Below, piece after piece: positions 39,242 through 49,028 of a stretch of DNA of 64,000 bases. This DNA is from an uncultured Candidatus Saccharibacteria bacterium (GTDB taxonomy: Bacteria > Patescibacteriota > Minisyncoccia > Phycocordibacterales > PALSA-1337). The stretch lies in contig CAYHLX010000004.1 in the NCBI GenBank assembly GCA_964357605.1, forward strand, positions 1,081 to 65,080. Direction: 5' to 3'. The first letter of the stretch is position 1. Each line of letters opens with the position of its first letter. A program made the position numbers and the translations under genes. The notes beneath the pieces are model-generated. The model did no database searches, was not told where the DNA came from, and was given only the letters and a program-made list of their open reading frames with translations.

Positions 39242-40609
39242 TTAGTTTGAAAAACCAACATTGACCTCCAATTCCCTTTTGAAAATATTCCCTGCAGTAT
39301 CTTTTACGAAGAAAACAGGAGTCCACGTAGTTCCAGTAGTGGAAACCTTAAAATATTTATGAGTAAAACTTGCACTACTCTGATACTTAACTGCAGAAAG
39401 CGGCATACCACCGTACATGTTTTTATATTCAGGCTCATCGCCCCACATTACTCCATAGGTGAGCATATTTTTTTGTGGATTGATAACTTCAACACTCCAA
39501 ACGCCCGTTTCTCCATCATTTAATTTTTGAGGTCCTGAAATCTTTGAAATATCAACTTGATTTGTTGCCGTCTTATCAGTTGTATTGCTTTGCTTAGTGG
39601 TCGCAGGTACAGAACTTGTAGAGTTACAAGTGAATCCTTTCGGCTCATTGGTGACTATCCCATACCAATCTTTGTCCGCACAAACATATCCATAACGATT
39701 GTTCATCTTGTAATAACCAATGAATTCAGTCTTGCTTTCGCGACAGGTAATATTGGGCATAGTACCGACAAGCGCTGCATCAGTACACGTACCGATATAG
39801 GACTTGGTGTTGAGGGGACTCTTCTCTGGTCCGTAGGTATATATACGCGAAGCAACATATCGTACACCCTGTATTGAGGTCAACTCCATCGAAAGCGCAT
39901 AACGACTTTCCCCAGTATACATTGTATTCGCATCACCTGTATCTTTCACGTCCGTGTCCATTGATCCTATGATGGATTCAATTATTTCAAACATGGGTTT
40001 GAAATCCACAGTTGATAAATCTTTACCAGCCTGACCTCCATATGCATATGACACATGTGCAACCTTACAAAATGGTTGTTTTTCAATATACACAAAATTC
40101 TTCAACGAACTATATGACGTCACGAGATCATTTGATCCGATTAAGAACACTCTTCCATTTATTGTTTTTGTGTCTGTATATGAACTCAGTTGTGAATAAG
40201 TGTCACTCTGTACCAAATCCGAACATTTAGTTTGATCTGGCGTTGAAGAAATACTCAAAGAAAACTCAGTATTATCCGTAGTAGTTCCTACTATACTGAC
40301 CGCGTAAATATCGTCAAAACCCCACGCATCGGGAGATTCATCTAATGTCATTGTCGGAGGATACCTGAGTGATAAATCAAATTTTTCATTTAAATACGTT
40401 TTCCACGATAAAGGGGCTGCCACGTAATTATCCTCTGCAATAAAAGCTGCATCCTTTTTAAAAAAGATTTCTGGGTATGACAATAAAATTCCGATAAATC
40501 CTACGATAATCAAGATAGGAAAAGCAATAAACCACGTAACACGATGAGTATTTTTTTCGAGAGTGTTTGGCCGTAAAGGTGGAGAAGGTATGACTTGGTC
40601 AGGTTGCAT
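39242..40609 (-). CDS. Membrane-anchored extracellular protein with C-terminal PKD-like domain
   Basis: N-terminal TM; WKTY....F.L.YP; C-terminal Y.V.WGD...FTHKY. Confidence 0.6.
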   Translation of the reverse strand: MQPDQVIPSPPLRPNTLEKNTHRVTWFIAFPILIIVGFIGILLSYPEIFFKKDAAFIAEDNYVAAPLSWKTYLNEKFDLSLRYPPTMTLDESPDAWGFDDIYAVSIVGTTTDNTEFSLSISSTPDQTKCSDLVQSDTYSQLSSYTDTKTINGRVFLIGSNDLVTSYSSLKNFVYIEKQPFCKVAHVSYAYGGQAGKDLSTVDFKPMFEIIESIIGSMDTDVKDTGDANTMYTGESRYALSMELTSIQGVRYVASRIYTYGPEKSPLNTKSYIGTCTDAALVGTMPNITCRESKTEFIGYYKMNNRYGYVCADKDWYGIVTNEPKGFTCNSTSSVPATTKQSNTTDKTATNQVDISKISGPQKLNDGETGVWSVEVINPQKNMLTYGVMWGDEPEYKNMYGGMPLSAVKYQSSASFTHKYFKVSTTGTTWTPVFFVKDTAGNIFKRELEVNVGFSN

Positions 40610-40790
40610 ATAATTGTCAATAATAGCATGGGATTTTTCAAAAGAAAAATACCACTTACGTATAACTTTTTCTCGTGGATACCGTCGTAGAGGAAGTTAG
40701 AACTGTTTTTGAGAAAAAGACAAACCACAGATTTCTTTGCGGCTGTTTGAATAACCTTACATTTCGAGAGTTCTGATATTCTAAAAATAT

Positions 40791-41567
40791 TTACAGGATC
40801 TGCAACGTCTTCAAAATTTCTGCGTTAACAATATCGATCTCTGCAACACTTCGACGATAACCATGCCCTATACCCCTAAGAAAAAGGTATCTCTTAGGTT
40901 CATTTGCGTTATCAAAGAGAATCTTCACCTCTTCTGGTAAGCAAACTTTGTCTAATTCTCCAGCAACAAATATTATTGGGGTGTGAATTTTCTTGACTGC
41001 TTGAATTGAATTAAATTTTAGACGATCAGTTAAATGATCATAAGGCAATTTAAAACTCTTGGTTTCACTACTACCTGGAATATCTCGAGTGGAAAGATAG
41101 AAGCCTTGCTTTTTCCAATTTGTGTATTTATCTCCCTTTAATTCTTCTGCTGAAATAGGGGTTGGTGGCATAATTGGTACGACTATGGAAATTCTTGGAT
41201 CTTGGGCTGCGTACAAAATAGAAATTTCCCCTCCCCGACTATGTCCACCAAGCAAGATAGTTTTGTAAGATTTTCTAGATAGCATGAAATCTAAAACACT
41301 CGCTACGTCTTTCAAATATCGAGAAACTGAATAATCAGCATCCTGACCATCACTTTCCCATGTTCCCAAAGGATCAAATCTTACCGTAGTGTAACCCTCT
41401 TTCGACAAAGTTTCAGCTAGTTTTATAAGATGATTATAATCTTTTGTATCTAGATTCCCTGGACACAAAACAGCAAGTTTATCTGTCTCAATTTCAGGAT
41501 AGTGAATAGCTGCTGCAATATTTTTCTTTGTCTTGATCGGAATTTTTACTTTTTCAGTTTTCATCAT
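40791..41567 (-). CDS. Alpha/beta hydrolase
   Basis: GHSRGG nucleophile elbow; GELD; GH. Confidence 0.88.
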   Translation of the reverse strand: MMKTEKVKIPIKTKKNIAAAIHYPEIETDKLAVLCPGNLDTKDYNHLIKLAETLSKEGYTTVRFDPLGTWESDGQDADYSVSRYLKDVASVLDFMLSRKSYKTILLGGHSRGGEISILYAAQDPRISIVVPIMPPTPISAEELKGDKYTNWKKQGFYLSTRDIPGSSETKSFKLPYDHLTDRLKFNSIQAVKKIHTPIIFVAGELDKVCLPEEVKILFDNANEPKRYLFLRGIGHGYRRSVAEIDIVNAEILKTLQIL

Positions 41568-41569
41568 CG

Positions 41570-41644
41570 TGGGGTGACTAGAGGGAATCGAACCCTCGAC
41601 GCCGCTGCCACAGAGCGGAGTTTTACCATTAAACTATAGCCACC
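41570..41644 (-). tRNA. tRNA-His(GTG) with G-1 and encoded CCA
   Basis: GGTGGCTA...CCGCT-CTGTGGC-AGCGG...GAGGGTTCGATTCCCTC-TAGTCACCCCA. Confidence 0.95.
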
Positions 41645-41694
41645 ATATACCGCGCACCACCAATTTATAACACACCTATCACTTCTTAGCGAGT

Positions 41695-42021
41695 CTAGGC
41701 CTGCACCTTATCTATCTTCGTTGCTAGAATAAAATCATTCTCTGTAAGCCCTGAGACAGCATGCGTCTGAAGCTCGATCGTCACTTTATTAAAATAAATG
41801 TGCAAATCAGGATGATGCCCTTCTGCCTCCGCAATGCCGGCCACTTTATTTACAAAAACCATGGCTTCAGTAAAATTGCCAAAAACAAATTCTTTTTTAA
41901 TCTTGATATCTCCTTCTACTTTCCAACCAGAGAGACCTTGCATAAAAATACTAATCTCTTCTGGAGTAAGAGCTTTGCCACCAACCTCACAGGGAATACA
42001 TTTTTTATTTGAGAGATCCAT
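41695..42021 (-). CDS. Pterin-4-alpha-carbinolamine dehydratase
   Basis: CIPCE, EGHHPD, THAVSGLTENDF; start at MDLSNK. Confidence 0.92.
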   Translation of the reverse strand: MDLSNKKCIPCEVGGKALTPEEISIFMQGLSGWKVEGDIKIKKEFVFGNFTEAMVFVNKVAGIAEAEGHHPDLHIYFNKVTIELQTHAVSGLTENDFILATKIDKVQA

Positions 42022-42025
42022 AATA

Positions 42026-42109
42026 TGGTGCCCAGGAGAGGATTCGCACCTCCACGCCTTACGGCACACGCACCTCAAGCGTGCTTGGCTACTGTTACAA
42101 CACCTGGGC
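42026..42109 (-). tRNA. tRNA-Leu(GAG), atypical D and T loops
   Basis: GCCCAGG/CCTGGGC-ACCA; CACGC-TTGAGGT-GCGTG; long variable arm GCC-GTAA-GGC. Confidence 0.9.
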
Positions 42110-42784
42110 ATTAATGCTTTCTTGTTTCTTCACTATACCCAAACTTTTCTTTATTTTCAAGTACTTTCTAGTTAAAAATAGGCTCTCTTTATTTTTATAC
42201 ATATATTTGAAAAGTATGACTGACTCATTTTTTGCATATTTTAACTGAAAACAAGACTGATTTTTTGATTTGGTAATATGCCCTTTTATTTCAATTTCTT
42301 TACGTAGAGTATCTTGTAACCAGGTAATATGCTTTTTACTTGCAGATATAAATTCCAAATACAACATAAAACTTGATTTCCATCTTTTATCCCAATAGGA
42401 GTATGAGCATCCATCTCCATCAAAACTTCCTCTTATGAAGTCTCTCATGTATTTTTGTGGAACATCTATCTTTCCTATAGTTTTTGATTTATTAGATGTC
42501 AAACCAATCGACTGAAGAAATTTGTAAAATAAAACATCACCTATTTGAATAACATAGTATTTCTTTTCAGACCCTGATCCACTTCCTTTCATACAGTAAT
42601 CGTATGAAATACTTAGAGCTTTCTGAAAATTATCGACCATTTCTTTATCTATAGATGTAAAAGAGATATGCCTATTATCTGGTGATAAGTTCCCATCAGT
42701 TGCAATAAGCCCGATCGCATACGCAAAATTAGCTGACCATTTGATCTTCACTTTACCTCTTGGTTTTGGTCCTCTCTTCCCCAT
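42095..42784 (-). CDS. Free-standing double-motif LAGLIDADG endonuclease-like protein
   Basis: YAIGLIATDG and FIRGSFDGDG motifs. Confidence 0.82.
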   Translation of the reverse strand: MGKRGPKPRGKVKIKWSANFAYAIGLIATDGNLSPDNRHISFTSIDKEMVDNFQKALSISYDYCMKGSGSGSEKKYYVIQIGDVLFYKFLQSIGLTSNKSKTIGKIDVPQKYMRDFIRGSFDGDGCSYSYWDKRWKSSFMLYLEFISASKKHITWLQDTLRKEIEIKGHITKSKNQSCFQLKYAKNESVILFKYMYKNKESLFLTRKYLKIKKSLGIVKKQESINAQVL

Positions 42785-42851
42785 CAGTTAATAATACTAG
42801 ATATTAAAAACTACTCAAGGTGATAGCATCTACCTATTTATAAATAAATAT

Positions 42852-42876
42852 AGGCCGTGGGTATTTCCCACGGCCT
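42852..42876 (-). terminator. Intrinsic terminator after the purC-like gene
   Basis: aggccgtggg-tattt-cccacggcct with AT-rich tail on the minus strand. Confidence 0.7.
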
Positions 42877-42900
42877 TCGTAAACACAAGGCGCAAACAAG

Positions 42901-43746
42901 TCAGAACTGCTCCGTAAGTTTGGCGATGGTTTTGTAGCGTTCGAAAAGAAGCTGTTTGATCGCTTCACCATCCTTCTCCTGGCTCTTCCGAAATGGGTCC
43001 TTGTCAAACGCCTCTGCCTTGTTCCCACCCTTCCACAGCCGCCACTCATCCGGCGTGATTGCATCAATCACCACCGTCCTCCCCGTCAAAGGACAGATGC
43101 CAACCTCAATCTTGAGATCCACCAGGGTGTACCCAAGTTTCGCCCACGATTTGGCCAGAATCCGATAAGTATTGAGGACAAGCACGTTAACTTCCAGGAA
43201 GAAATCACTGATTTCCTCACAGGAAGGTGCATGCCCCCACAGATCCCACCTTTCATCCTTGAAATCCAGGAACCCAAGTCCTGAACCAGTCGCTGTGAGT
43301 GGCAAAGCCGGCTTGTGAAGTGTGTATAGACCCTCCATGGAATCAGCCGTCTGAATAAACGGGTCATGCCGAGCGTCATCCTTTAAGAACATTTCGGTGA
43401 TGGGGCTCCCGAAAACCTCGCCCTCTTTCGCATCAGGATTGCGTTTGAGGTATGAGCCGGTAGCAATACCACGGCAAACGACTTCCACCGGCGCTGGGTA
43501 TGCATACAAAGCCATGAAAGAATCACGCCCCGAGGCCTCGATGAAAGTGGTAGATATACCACTCTTGTGAAGAAGGCGGAAGCAGTTGCCAGCAATGGCA
43601 GAGGATAGTGCCCCTTTGCCCGGCACCCGGATCAATGAGGCGCCATCGCCAGCAGTCACGTTGTCAGAAAAATGCACCTGCACAACCTGAGAAGGAAAAC
43701 CTCTGATTGTCTTGGTTTTTCCTTGATGGAATTTGATCGTCTTCAT
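42901..43746 (-). CDS. purC: SAICAR synthetase (PurC)-like protein
   Basis: GKTK, SD.VTAGDG, GKG, PVEVVCR..ATGS, KDD..HDP, LVDLKIEVG, D.ITPD.WRLW, DK..FR. Confidence 0.8.
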   Translation of the reverse strand: MKTIKFHQGKTKTIRGFPSQVVQVHFSDNVTAGDGASLIRVPGKGALSSAIAGNCFRLLHKSGISTTFIEASGRDSFMALYAYPAPVEVVCRGIATGSYLKRNPDAKEGEVFGSPITEMFLKDDARHDPFIQTADSMEGLYTLHKPALPLTATGSGLGFLDFKDERWDLWGHAPSCEEISDFFLEVNVLVLNTYRILAKSWAKLGYTLVDLKIEVGICPLTGRTVVIDAITPDEWRLWKGGNKAEAFDKDPFRKSQEKDGEAIKQLLFERYKTIAKLTEQF

Positions 43747-43890
43747 GAGATGAACTTTCTTTTCTGTATCTAGCCTTAGCTAGGAGTTTATGGTTTACCG
43801 CATTTACATCCTGATGCTATCATTTGAATATGCTCTGTCAAGAAAAAGAAAAAACCGCTTTCGCGGGTCTTTCTTTTTGTATTTTGTAAC

Positions 43891-44322
43891 TTAAGCCGCC
43901 ACCTCTTCTTTCTTTTCTCCTGCTACAACTGCAATCTTGGTGTCCGTGTTCTGTTCAGGGTCAATCGCTAGCAAACGTCTCATTTGTTTTCTAATCTCCT
44001 TTGTAGCTTTTTCACGAACGAAATATAGCTTAGCTCGGCGCACCTTTGAGCGGCGAAGTAGTTCAATCTTATCAATCATGGGAGAATAGAGAGGAAAAAT
44101 CTTTTCTACACCCACCCCGTCAATCACCTTTCTAACAGTAAAAGTCGCTCCGGCTTCTGTACCATGCTTTCGAGAAAGAACTAGGCCTTCAAAAGCTTGA
44201 AGACGTGTCTTATCCTTTTCCTTAACCTTTTGCCAAACACGCACATTGTCACCAGAACGAAGACTCAGAGCCTTGCGTTCCTCTACATTTATCGGAGAAT
44301 TTATATTTTTATTTGTAGCCAT
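43891..44322 (-). CDS. rplS: 50S ribosomal protein L19
   Basis: [30 protein letters not shown]. Confidence 0.96.
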   Translation of the reverse strand: MATNKNINSPINVEERKALSLRSGDNVRVWQKVKEKDKTRLQAFEGLVLSRKHGTEAGATFTVRKVIDGVGVEKIFPLYSPMIDKIELLRRSKVRRAKLYFVREKATKEIRKQMRRLLAIDPEQNTDTKIAVVAGEKKEEVAA

Positions 44323-44339
44323 ACGTAGGGACAAATCTA

Positions 44340-45122
44340 TCACACGAGCCTTTTTTTGGCAAATTCCTCCATCCCTAGCTCCTTCATCGCCTCTTTAAAA
44401 TCTTTAGGTAAAGGAGCGGTCACCATTATCTCTTTCCCCTTACGATTTTTGAAGGAAATAAAGAAAGCGTGCAAAGCGGTTCTTTGAAACCCCAGAGCCA
44501 CTGGTTTATCACTAGCATAAAGCCTGTCACAGACCACTGGGTGATTAATTGCCTTAAAATGCACTCTGATCTGGTGTGTCCTACCAGTCTTCGGTTCTAT
44601 CTCCACCAAAGAAAATCCAGACTTAAAAGCCATCATCGTCCACCAAGTTTCCGCCTCTCTCATCTCTCCCTTTGCTCCACGAGTCGCCGAAAATCTTCTA
44701 AAATCACTAGGACTTTTGCCGATTGGACGATTGATAATTCCGTACTTCTCTTTCATATCACCGTAAACAAAAGCAAAATATTTCTTGGATACGATTCTAT
44801 TTTGAAATTGCTCTTTCAAGTGAGCGTAGCCTTTTTTGGTCTTAGCAATGAGCATCACGCCTGAGGTTCCTCTATCTAGTCTATGTACAATTCCTGGACG
44901 CTCTATAGTCTTCCCCTCTCCTGTAACAATAGGTTCTCCCACCCCCTTAGTCTTGGGGTACTTTTTTATAATCCAATCTACCAGAGTCGGTTCTTCCGTT
45001 CTACCATCAGAATGCACCACCAAACCAGCCGGCTTGTTAATGGCCAAAATGTCCGGATCTTCATATAAAATTGTAATGGTATTGTTTTTCAAATTAATTG
45101 TTTCTTTAGACCCTCTATCCAT
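44340..45122 (-). CDS. RluA/RluD family pseudouridine synthase
   Basis: [28 protein letters not shown]. Confidence 0.92.
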   Translation of the reverse strand: MDRGSKETINLKNNTITILYEDPDILAINKPAGLVVHSDGRTEEPTLVDWIIKKYPKTKGVGEPIVTGEGKTIERPGIVHRLDRGTSGVMLIAKTKKGYAHLKEQFQNRIVSKKYFAFVYGDMKEKYGIINRPIGKSPSDFRRFSATRGAKGEMREAETWWTMMAFKSGFSLVEIEPKTGRTHQIRVHFKAINHPVVCDRLYASDKPVALGFQRTALHAFFISFKNRKGKEIMVTAPLPKDFKEAMKELGMEEFAKKRLV

Positions 45123-45751
45123 CCGAGTATCCTAAGCAAGAGCTTTGTATCGCCAACTCCGACGTCAAGAGTACCATATTTTAAAGTTTTACGAAGATTT
45201 TTTGAACTTTTACTTTTAATTGCATATGTTTTAAAAAACTGAGAGAGTGGTATCTTAGTAATTTCTGACCAATATTTCTCTGCTTCTTTTACTATTTGAG
45301 TAGAGTGAACATGGATATGAGCGCGGAATCTACTTTCCTCAACCTTACATATTTCCCTAAAAAATCTCATTCCCATCATTATCATGAACGGATCGCTATT
45401 ACTAATACGAGCCATACCTTTTGATGTCTTAGCTCCTTCACCCCAATACAAACCGAGACCTAATATTTTAAGAGATTCGTGATCTATTTTTCTAATCTCT
45501 CTAGATGCCAAATCAATAATTTGACTCTTTTTATAAGATTCGTTTTTCAATCTACTCTGACGCCTCTTTTCAACCACCTCAGGAGAATGGCTTCTTCTTT
45601 TTAAATTTAGTTTTTGCTGTGAAGTTAGGGTAATATCTCTAACCCAAGTACTCACACTTCCCTTAGCGACAGACAACTCTTCAGAAATATCTTTTACAGA
45701 GTATCCTTTACTTCTCATTTCTACAGCTTTTTGTTTTATTTTAGGCTTCAT
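45089..45751 (-). CDS. HTH plus LAGLIDADG-like ('LYWGEG') protein beside a tRNA gene
   Basis: N-terminal HTH (GYSVKDISEELSVAKGSVSTWVR); LGLGLYWGEG..SNSDP. Confidence 0.6.
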   Translation of the reverse strand: MKPKIKQKAVEMRSKGYSVKDISEELSVAKGSVSTWVRDITLTSQQKLNLKRRSHSPEVVEKRRQSRLKNESYKKSQIIDLASREIRKIDHESLKILGLGLYWGEGAKTSKGMARISNSDPFMIMMGMRFFREICKVEESRFRAHIHVHSTQIVKEAEKYWSEITKIPLSQFFKTYAIKSKSSKNLRKTLKYGTLDVGVGDTKLLLRILGWIEGLKKQLI

Positions 45752-45838
45752 GACTATTATAGTATATCGCTATAACACAAGAAGTCAAGACTGGAATGAT
45801 TGAAAATTTATCTTTTTTAGTCTATGCTACCTACTATT

Positions 45839-45914
45839 GCGCGATTAGCTCAGTTGGTAGAGCAACATGCTTACACCATGAAGGTCGCAGGTTCAAGTCC
45901 TGCATCGCGCACCA
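45839..45914 (+). tRNA. tRNA-Val(TAC)
   Basis: GCGCGAT/ATCGCGC-ACCA; CATG-CTTACAC-CATG; GCAGGTTCAAGTCCTGC. Confidence 0.95.
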
Positions 45915-45918
45915 TAAA

Positions 45919-45950
45919 AACAAAAAATACCCCGAAGGGTATTTTTTGTT
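45919..45950. terminator. Bidirectional intrinsic terminator
   Basis: aacaaaaaataccc-cgaa-gggtattttttgtt. Confidence 0.85.
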
Positions 45951-45967
45951 TCAAAGAAAATCTCAAA

Positions 45968-46348
45968 CTACATATTCATTGAAGACGAAGAATTTTTTGC
46001 AGAAAAACCAGCGATGAGCATAACTAGACCCAACACTATGTGTAACCAAGCATCAGCTCCATTGTAAGCGATAAAGCCTAGAAGTTGACCCTCACCAACA
46101 TAGAATCCTAGGATTGCAATGATAATAAAGATCACACCAAAGATCTTCAAAGCTAGAGGTGCCTTTGAAGGAGATCGTGATGCAATAAGTAGGAAGATCA
46201 AACCAGTAACTAGGCTCACAAGATTGTGGGCTAGGTTAACCATAAATATCGATTCTCCACTTGCACCCACTATCGGATTTGGGAAAAGCCCTAAGATACC
46301 TACTAATAGAAATATTACACCAAAGATCGTTGCTAATGTTTTAGCCAT
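45968..46348 (-). CDS. DUF4383-like membrane protein
   Basis: FGVIFLLVGILG...N.AHN...ADAWLH; four TM helices. Confidence 0.75.
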   Translation of the reverse strand: MAKTLATIFGVIFLLVGILGLFPNPIVGASGESIFMVNLAHNLVSLVTGLIFLLIASRSPSKAPLALKIFGVIFIIIAILGFYVGEGQLLGFIAYNGADAWLHIVLGLVMLIAGFSAKNSSSSMNM

Positions 46349-46418
46349 ATAAATACTAATTTAAATTAATAATAACCCTTAAAAGCTACTAGAATATTAT
46401 ATCACGAAAATATTACTG

Positions 46419-46449
46419 TTATCTACAACTTATTAACAAGTTATACACA
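46419..46449 (+). promoter_or_regulatory. Three DnaA-box-like nonamers at 11-bp spacing
   Basis: TTATCTACA-ac-TTATTAACA-ag-TTATACACA versus consensus TTATNCACA. Confidence 0.55.
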
Positions 46450-46460
46450 GATAGCCATTG

Positions 46461-46532
46461 TGCCTTCGGTAGGAATCGAACCTACATCAAGACCTTAGAA
46501 GAGTCCTGTTCTATCCATTGAACTACGAAGGC
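46461..46532 (-). tRNA. tRNA-Arg(TCT)
   Basis: GCCTTCG/CGAAGGC; GGACT-CTTCTAA-GGTCT; GTAGGTTCGATTCCTAC. Confidence 0.95.
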
Positions 46533-46561
46533 GAACCTTAGGAATATACCAGAAATATGAC

Positions 46562-46894
46562 CTATTGCGAAGGGTCAGTGATTCCAGAGAAGCCTCTTGC
46601 AGCTTGTTCAGACTTTGAAGCCTTCGCATCAAAAATCTTAATAGTCTCAGCAAGAGCCTTGCTATCAAAAGAAATCGCATCTCCAGATGAAGTAGAAATG
46701 GTATATTGTATTCTACCTTGAGTCACCGCAAAATATAGGTAGGTACTCCCTATTGCCAAAACGACAATCACAATTACAGTTATAGAGATAATCATCAACC
46801 AGTCAATGTATGAATTTCGCCCAACCTCTTTCATAGCTCGAGAAAAGGATAGGCTAGAAGTTGCAAGATGATTTTTTGAAAGATGATTATCCAT
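46562..46894 (-). CDS. Small membrane protein at the end of the pilMNO operon
   Basis: One TM helix; position in operon. Confidence 0.55.
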   Translation of the reverse strand: MDNHLSKNHLATSSLSFSRAMKEVGRNSYIDWLMIISITVIVIVVLAIGSTYLYFAVTQGRIQYTISTSSGDAISFDSKALAETIKIFDAKASKSEQAARGFSGITDPSQ

Positions 46895-46900
46895 ATTAAT

Positions 46901-47473
46901 TTAAATAGTTTGCTTAGCCAACACTCTAATTGTCATGGACATACCCCACGATTTCACTGATGCACCTTTTTTTGAGGGAGCAATCAGATCGTCTCCCAGT
47001 GTAGATAATTTTAAGTTATTAATCTCCAAACTGTATGGTAGGTTTTCAATTAAAATCAAAGCTCTCATAATGTTGATCCAAGAACCCTTAACTGCCAGAG
47101 TGGCGTTTATATGAGTCAGTCCATTGGTTTCATCTTCTTTTGGTTTTTCTGTATTTATAGCAGATATTTCAAGATCTGTGGCTGAATTCTCACCAGCTTT
47201 TTCTATAGCCTCAATAAGACCTACAATCTTCTCTTCCGGTACAATAAAAGAATTAATCCTTGCACGGGCATTCAATGAATCAGCATACAGGGCAGTCAGT
47301 TCTCTTTCTACTAACTTTTTATTATTCTCAAGTGTAAATTCAGCTAAAGCTTGAGAGGATTCTCTAGCTTGAGACACTACCTGTCTATAGAGTAATAAAT
47401 AACTAGCCGCCGAAACAACTAAGGCAACAAGGGCAATGGTAATGAGAATGTAATGTTTATAATTTACTTTCAT
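46901..47473 (-). CDS. PilO-like type IV pilus assembly protein
   Basis: TM, coiled coil, then GSW..I...L..IENLPY. Confidence 0.7.
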   Translation of the reverse strand: MKVNYKHYILITIALVALVVSAASYLLLYRQVVSQARESSQALAEFTLENNKKLVERELTALYADSLNARARINSFIVPEEKIVGLIEAIEKAGENSATDLEISAINTEKPKEDETNGLTHINATLAVKGSWINIMRALILIENLPYSLEINNLKLSTLGDDLIAPSKKGASVKSWGMSMTIRVLAKQTI

Positions 47474-47474
47474 A

Positions 47475-48029
47475 TTATTTGAGTACTATGAGGCGCATGG
47501 CAAAATTTATGTTCTTACTTTTGGCCAGATCAGATATCGGTAGCTCAATCCCAGCAAATTTACTATCATTTTCCAAACTATCCTTAAAAGCAATCAGGGC
47601 TTCCCTGGTAAGAGCCTTTCCTTGAATCACTGCGCTAATAGTGGTAGTACTTTTTGTCTGAAAACCAGAAAGTTCGAATGCCGACAAAGTGACCTGACCA
47701 GAGCGATGCTTAGAAATACTTTGGATAATATCAGAAAACATAATTTCTTTATTCTCCAAATTTAATTCCCTGGTAAGCATTTGGTTTTGCGCTAATTCTT
47801 TCTCTACCTGATCAATACCTCTCGCCTGTCTACTTTTTTGTAACTCTTCAGCATTTTTTACAGCCTGGATGCCTTGGGTATCAGAAAGTATATATGAAGG
47901 AATAAGAGAAAACGTGCCGATCACCATTGCACAAGAAACAAAAAACAAAAGAATGATGGAGAGACGTATCCGATATTCCCATCGTAATTTTTTTATTTCG
48001 TCATCTGGTAAAAGAGTGTAGTGAATCAT
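47475..48029 (-). CDS. PilN-like type IV pilus assembly protein
   Basis: N-terminal TLLP (NLLP-like), TM, GKALTREAL..F. Confidence 0.75.
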   Translation of the reverse strand: MIHYTLLPDDEIKKLRWEYRIRLSIILLFFVSCAMVIGTFSLIPSYILSDTQGIQAVKNAEELQKSRQARGIDQVEKELAQNQMLTRELNLENKEIMFSDIIQSISKHRSGQVTLSAFELSGFQTKSTTTISAVIQGKALTREALIAFKDSLENDSKFAGIELPISDLAKSKNINFAMRLIVLK

Positions 48030-49006
48030 GATGGTAAAGCTAAACCAGCTGCCACAGCATAATCTAGGGAATCTTCATAAGAAATGGGTGGTATATAATT
48101 TTCTCCAGAAAAAGCATTCTGCCAGATTTGTCCAATCTCTACTGGAATTCTAGGGTCGGGAGAACAATGAGAAGCCAGTCCGGCTGATAAAGATCCTTTA
48201 CCAACAAGAATAATGCGGGAAATGTTTGTACCGCCACCGTGCTCAACCCAATATCCATAAACTTTACTAATCTCTTTTTTTAAGTCTGATGCCGTATTTA
48301 CCATGTCTTTGGATTCTAAAATCGTAGAATGACCCCACGCCACAGTAGAGGTAAAACAGACCACTCCCCCACAAACTATATATATTCCCGTCTTTTTCTT
48401 CATGATATAAGTAATAATCTGTGTTTCAGTAGAATTTGGAGAAACCAATGCTCTAGCAATAGCTTTGGCCTGAATCTCAAAAGATAAGACAGTAATTCCA
48501 GCTTTCTGGATCACAGATAGATAAGTAGAAATTAAGTCATGTGGAGCTACAGAGACACTGGCAAACTTGGTATTCTTAGTTTCTATAGATAAAGCATTGT
48601 GAGGAATCAGATCAAAAAAGAAAACTGATTCTGATGCTGGCAGAGGGACATTTTCTTCTAATTTAAATTCAATATTTTGTCTAATATCCTCTTCATAAGC
48701 ATCCGGTACCTCTGTTTTAAAAAGATACATTCTTTCTTCTGGTAAAGAAGCTTTAGCTACTGAAATTTTTAATTCACCGGCAACTTTTTTAATCGTTTCA
48801 ACTAACACTTTTTCATCTTTGATATGTCCAGATTCTATAATTCCTGGTGGTAAAACTTTTGTAATGTACCGATTAATAGTGAGTCCTTTACGACCATGTG
48901 AATATTCTATACAGCGAACTGCGTCTTCACAAATATCCAAACCAGCATAAGGAATATTTAAAAATTTAGGCGGAGGAAATAATTTGAAAAATGATTGGGT
49001 AAGCAT
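48026..49006 (-). CDS. PilM-like actin-fold pilus assembly protein
   Basis: GLDI, PPGII..G.I.D, AIARA, YAVAAGLAL. Confidence 0.82.
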   Translation of the reverse strand: MLTQSFFKLFPPPKFLNIPYAGLDICEDAVRCIEYSHGRKGLTINRYITKVLPPGIIESGHIKDEKVLVETIKKVAGELKISVAKASLPEERMYLFKTEVPDAYEEDIRQNIEFKLEENVPLPASESVFFFDLIPHNALSIETKNTKFASVSVAPHDLISTYLSVIQKAGITVLSFEIQAKAIARALVSPNSTETQIITYIMKKKTGIYIVCGGVVCFTSTVAWGHSTILESKDMVNTASDLKKEISKVYGYWVEHGGGTNISRIILVGKGSLSAGLASHCSPDPRIPVEIGQIWQNAFSGENYIPPISYEDSLDYAVAAGLALPS

Positions 49007-49028
49007 AATGTACTTCCCCTTTATTGTA

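Noticed and set aside
41695-42111. N-terminal extensions or ORFs running through tRNAs (42111 start; 45796-46017; 46495-46680; 61395-61595)
   Set aside because: These stretches are tRNA genes read as protein
42026-42784. tRNA intron encoding the LAGLIDADG protein
   Set aside because: tRNA-Leu is contiguous and complete; no upstream exon half was seen
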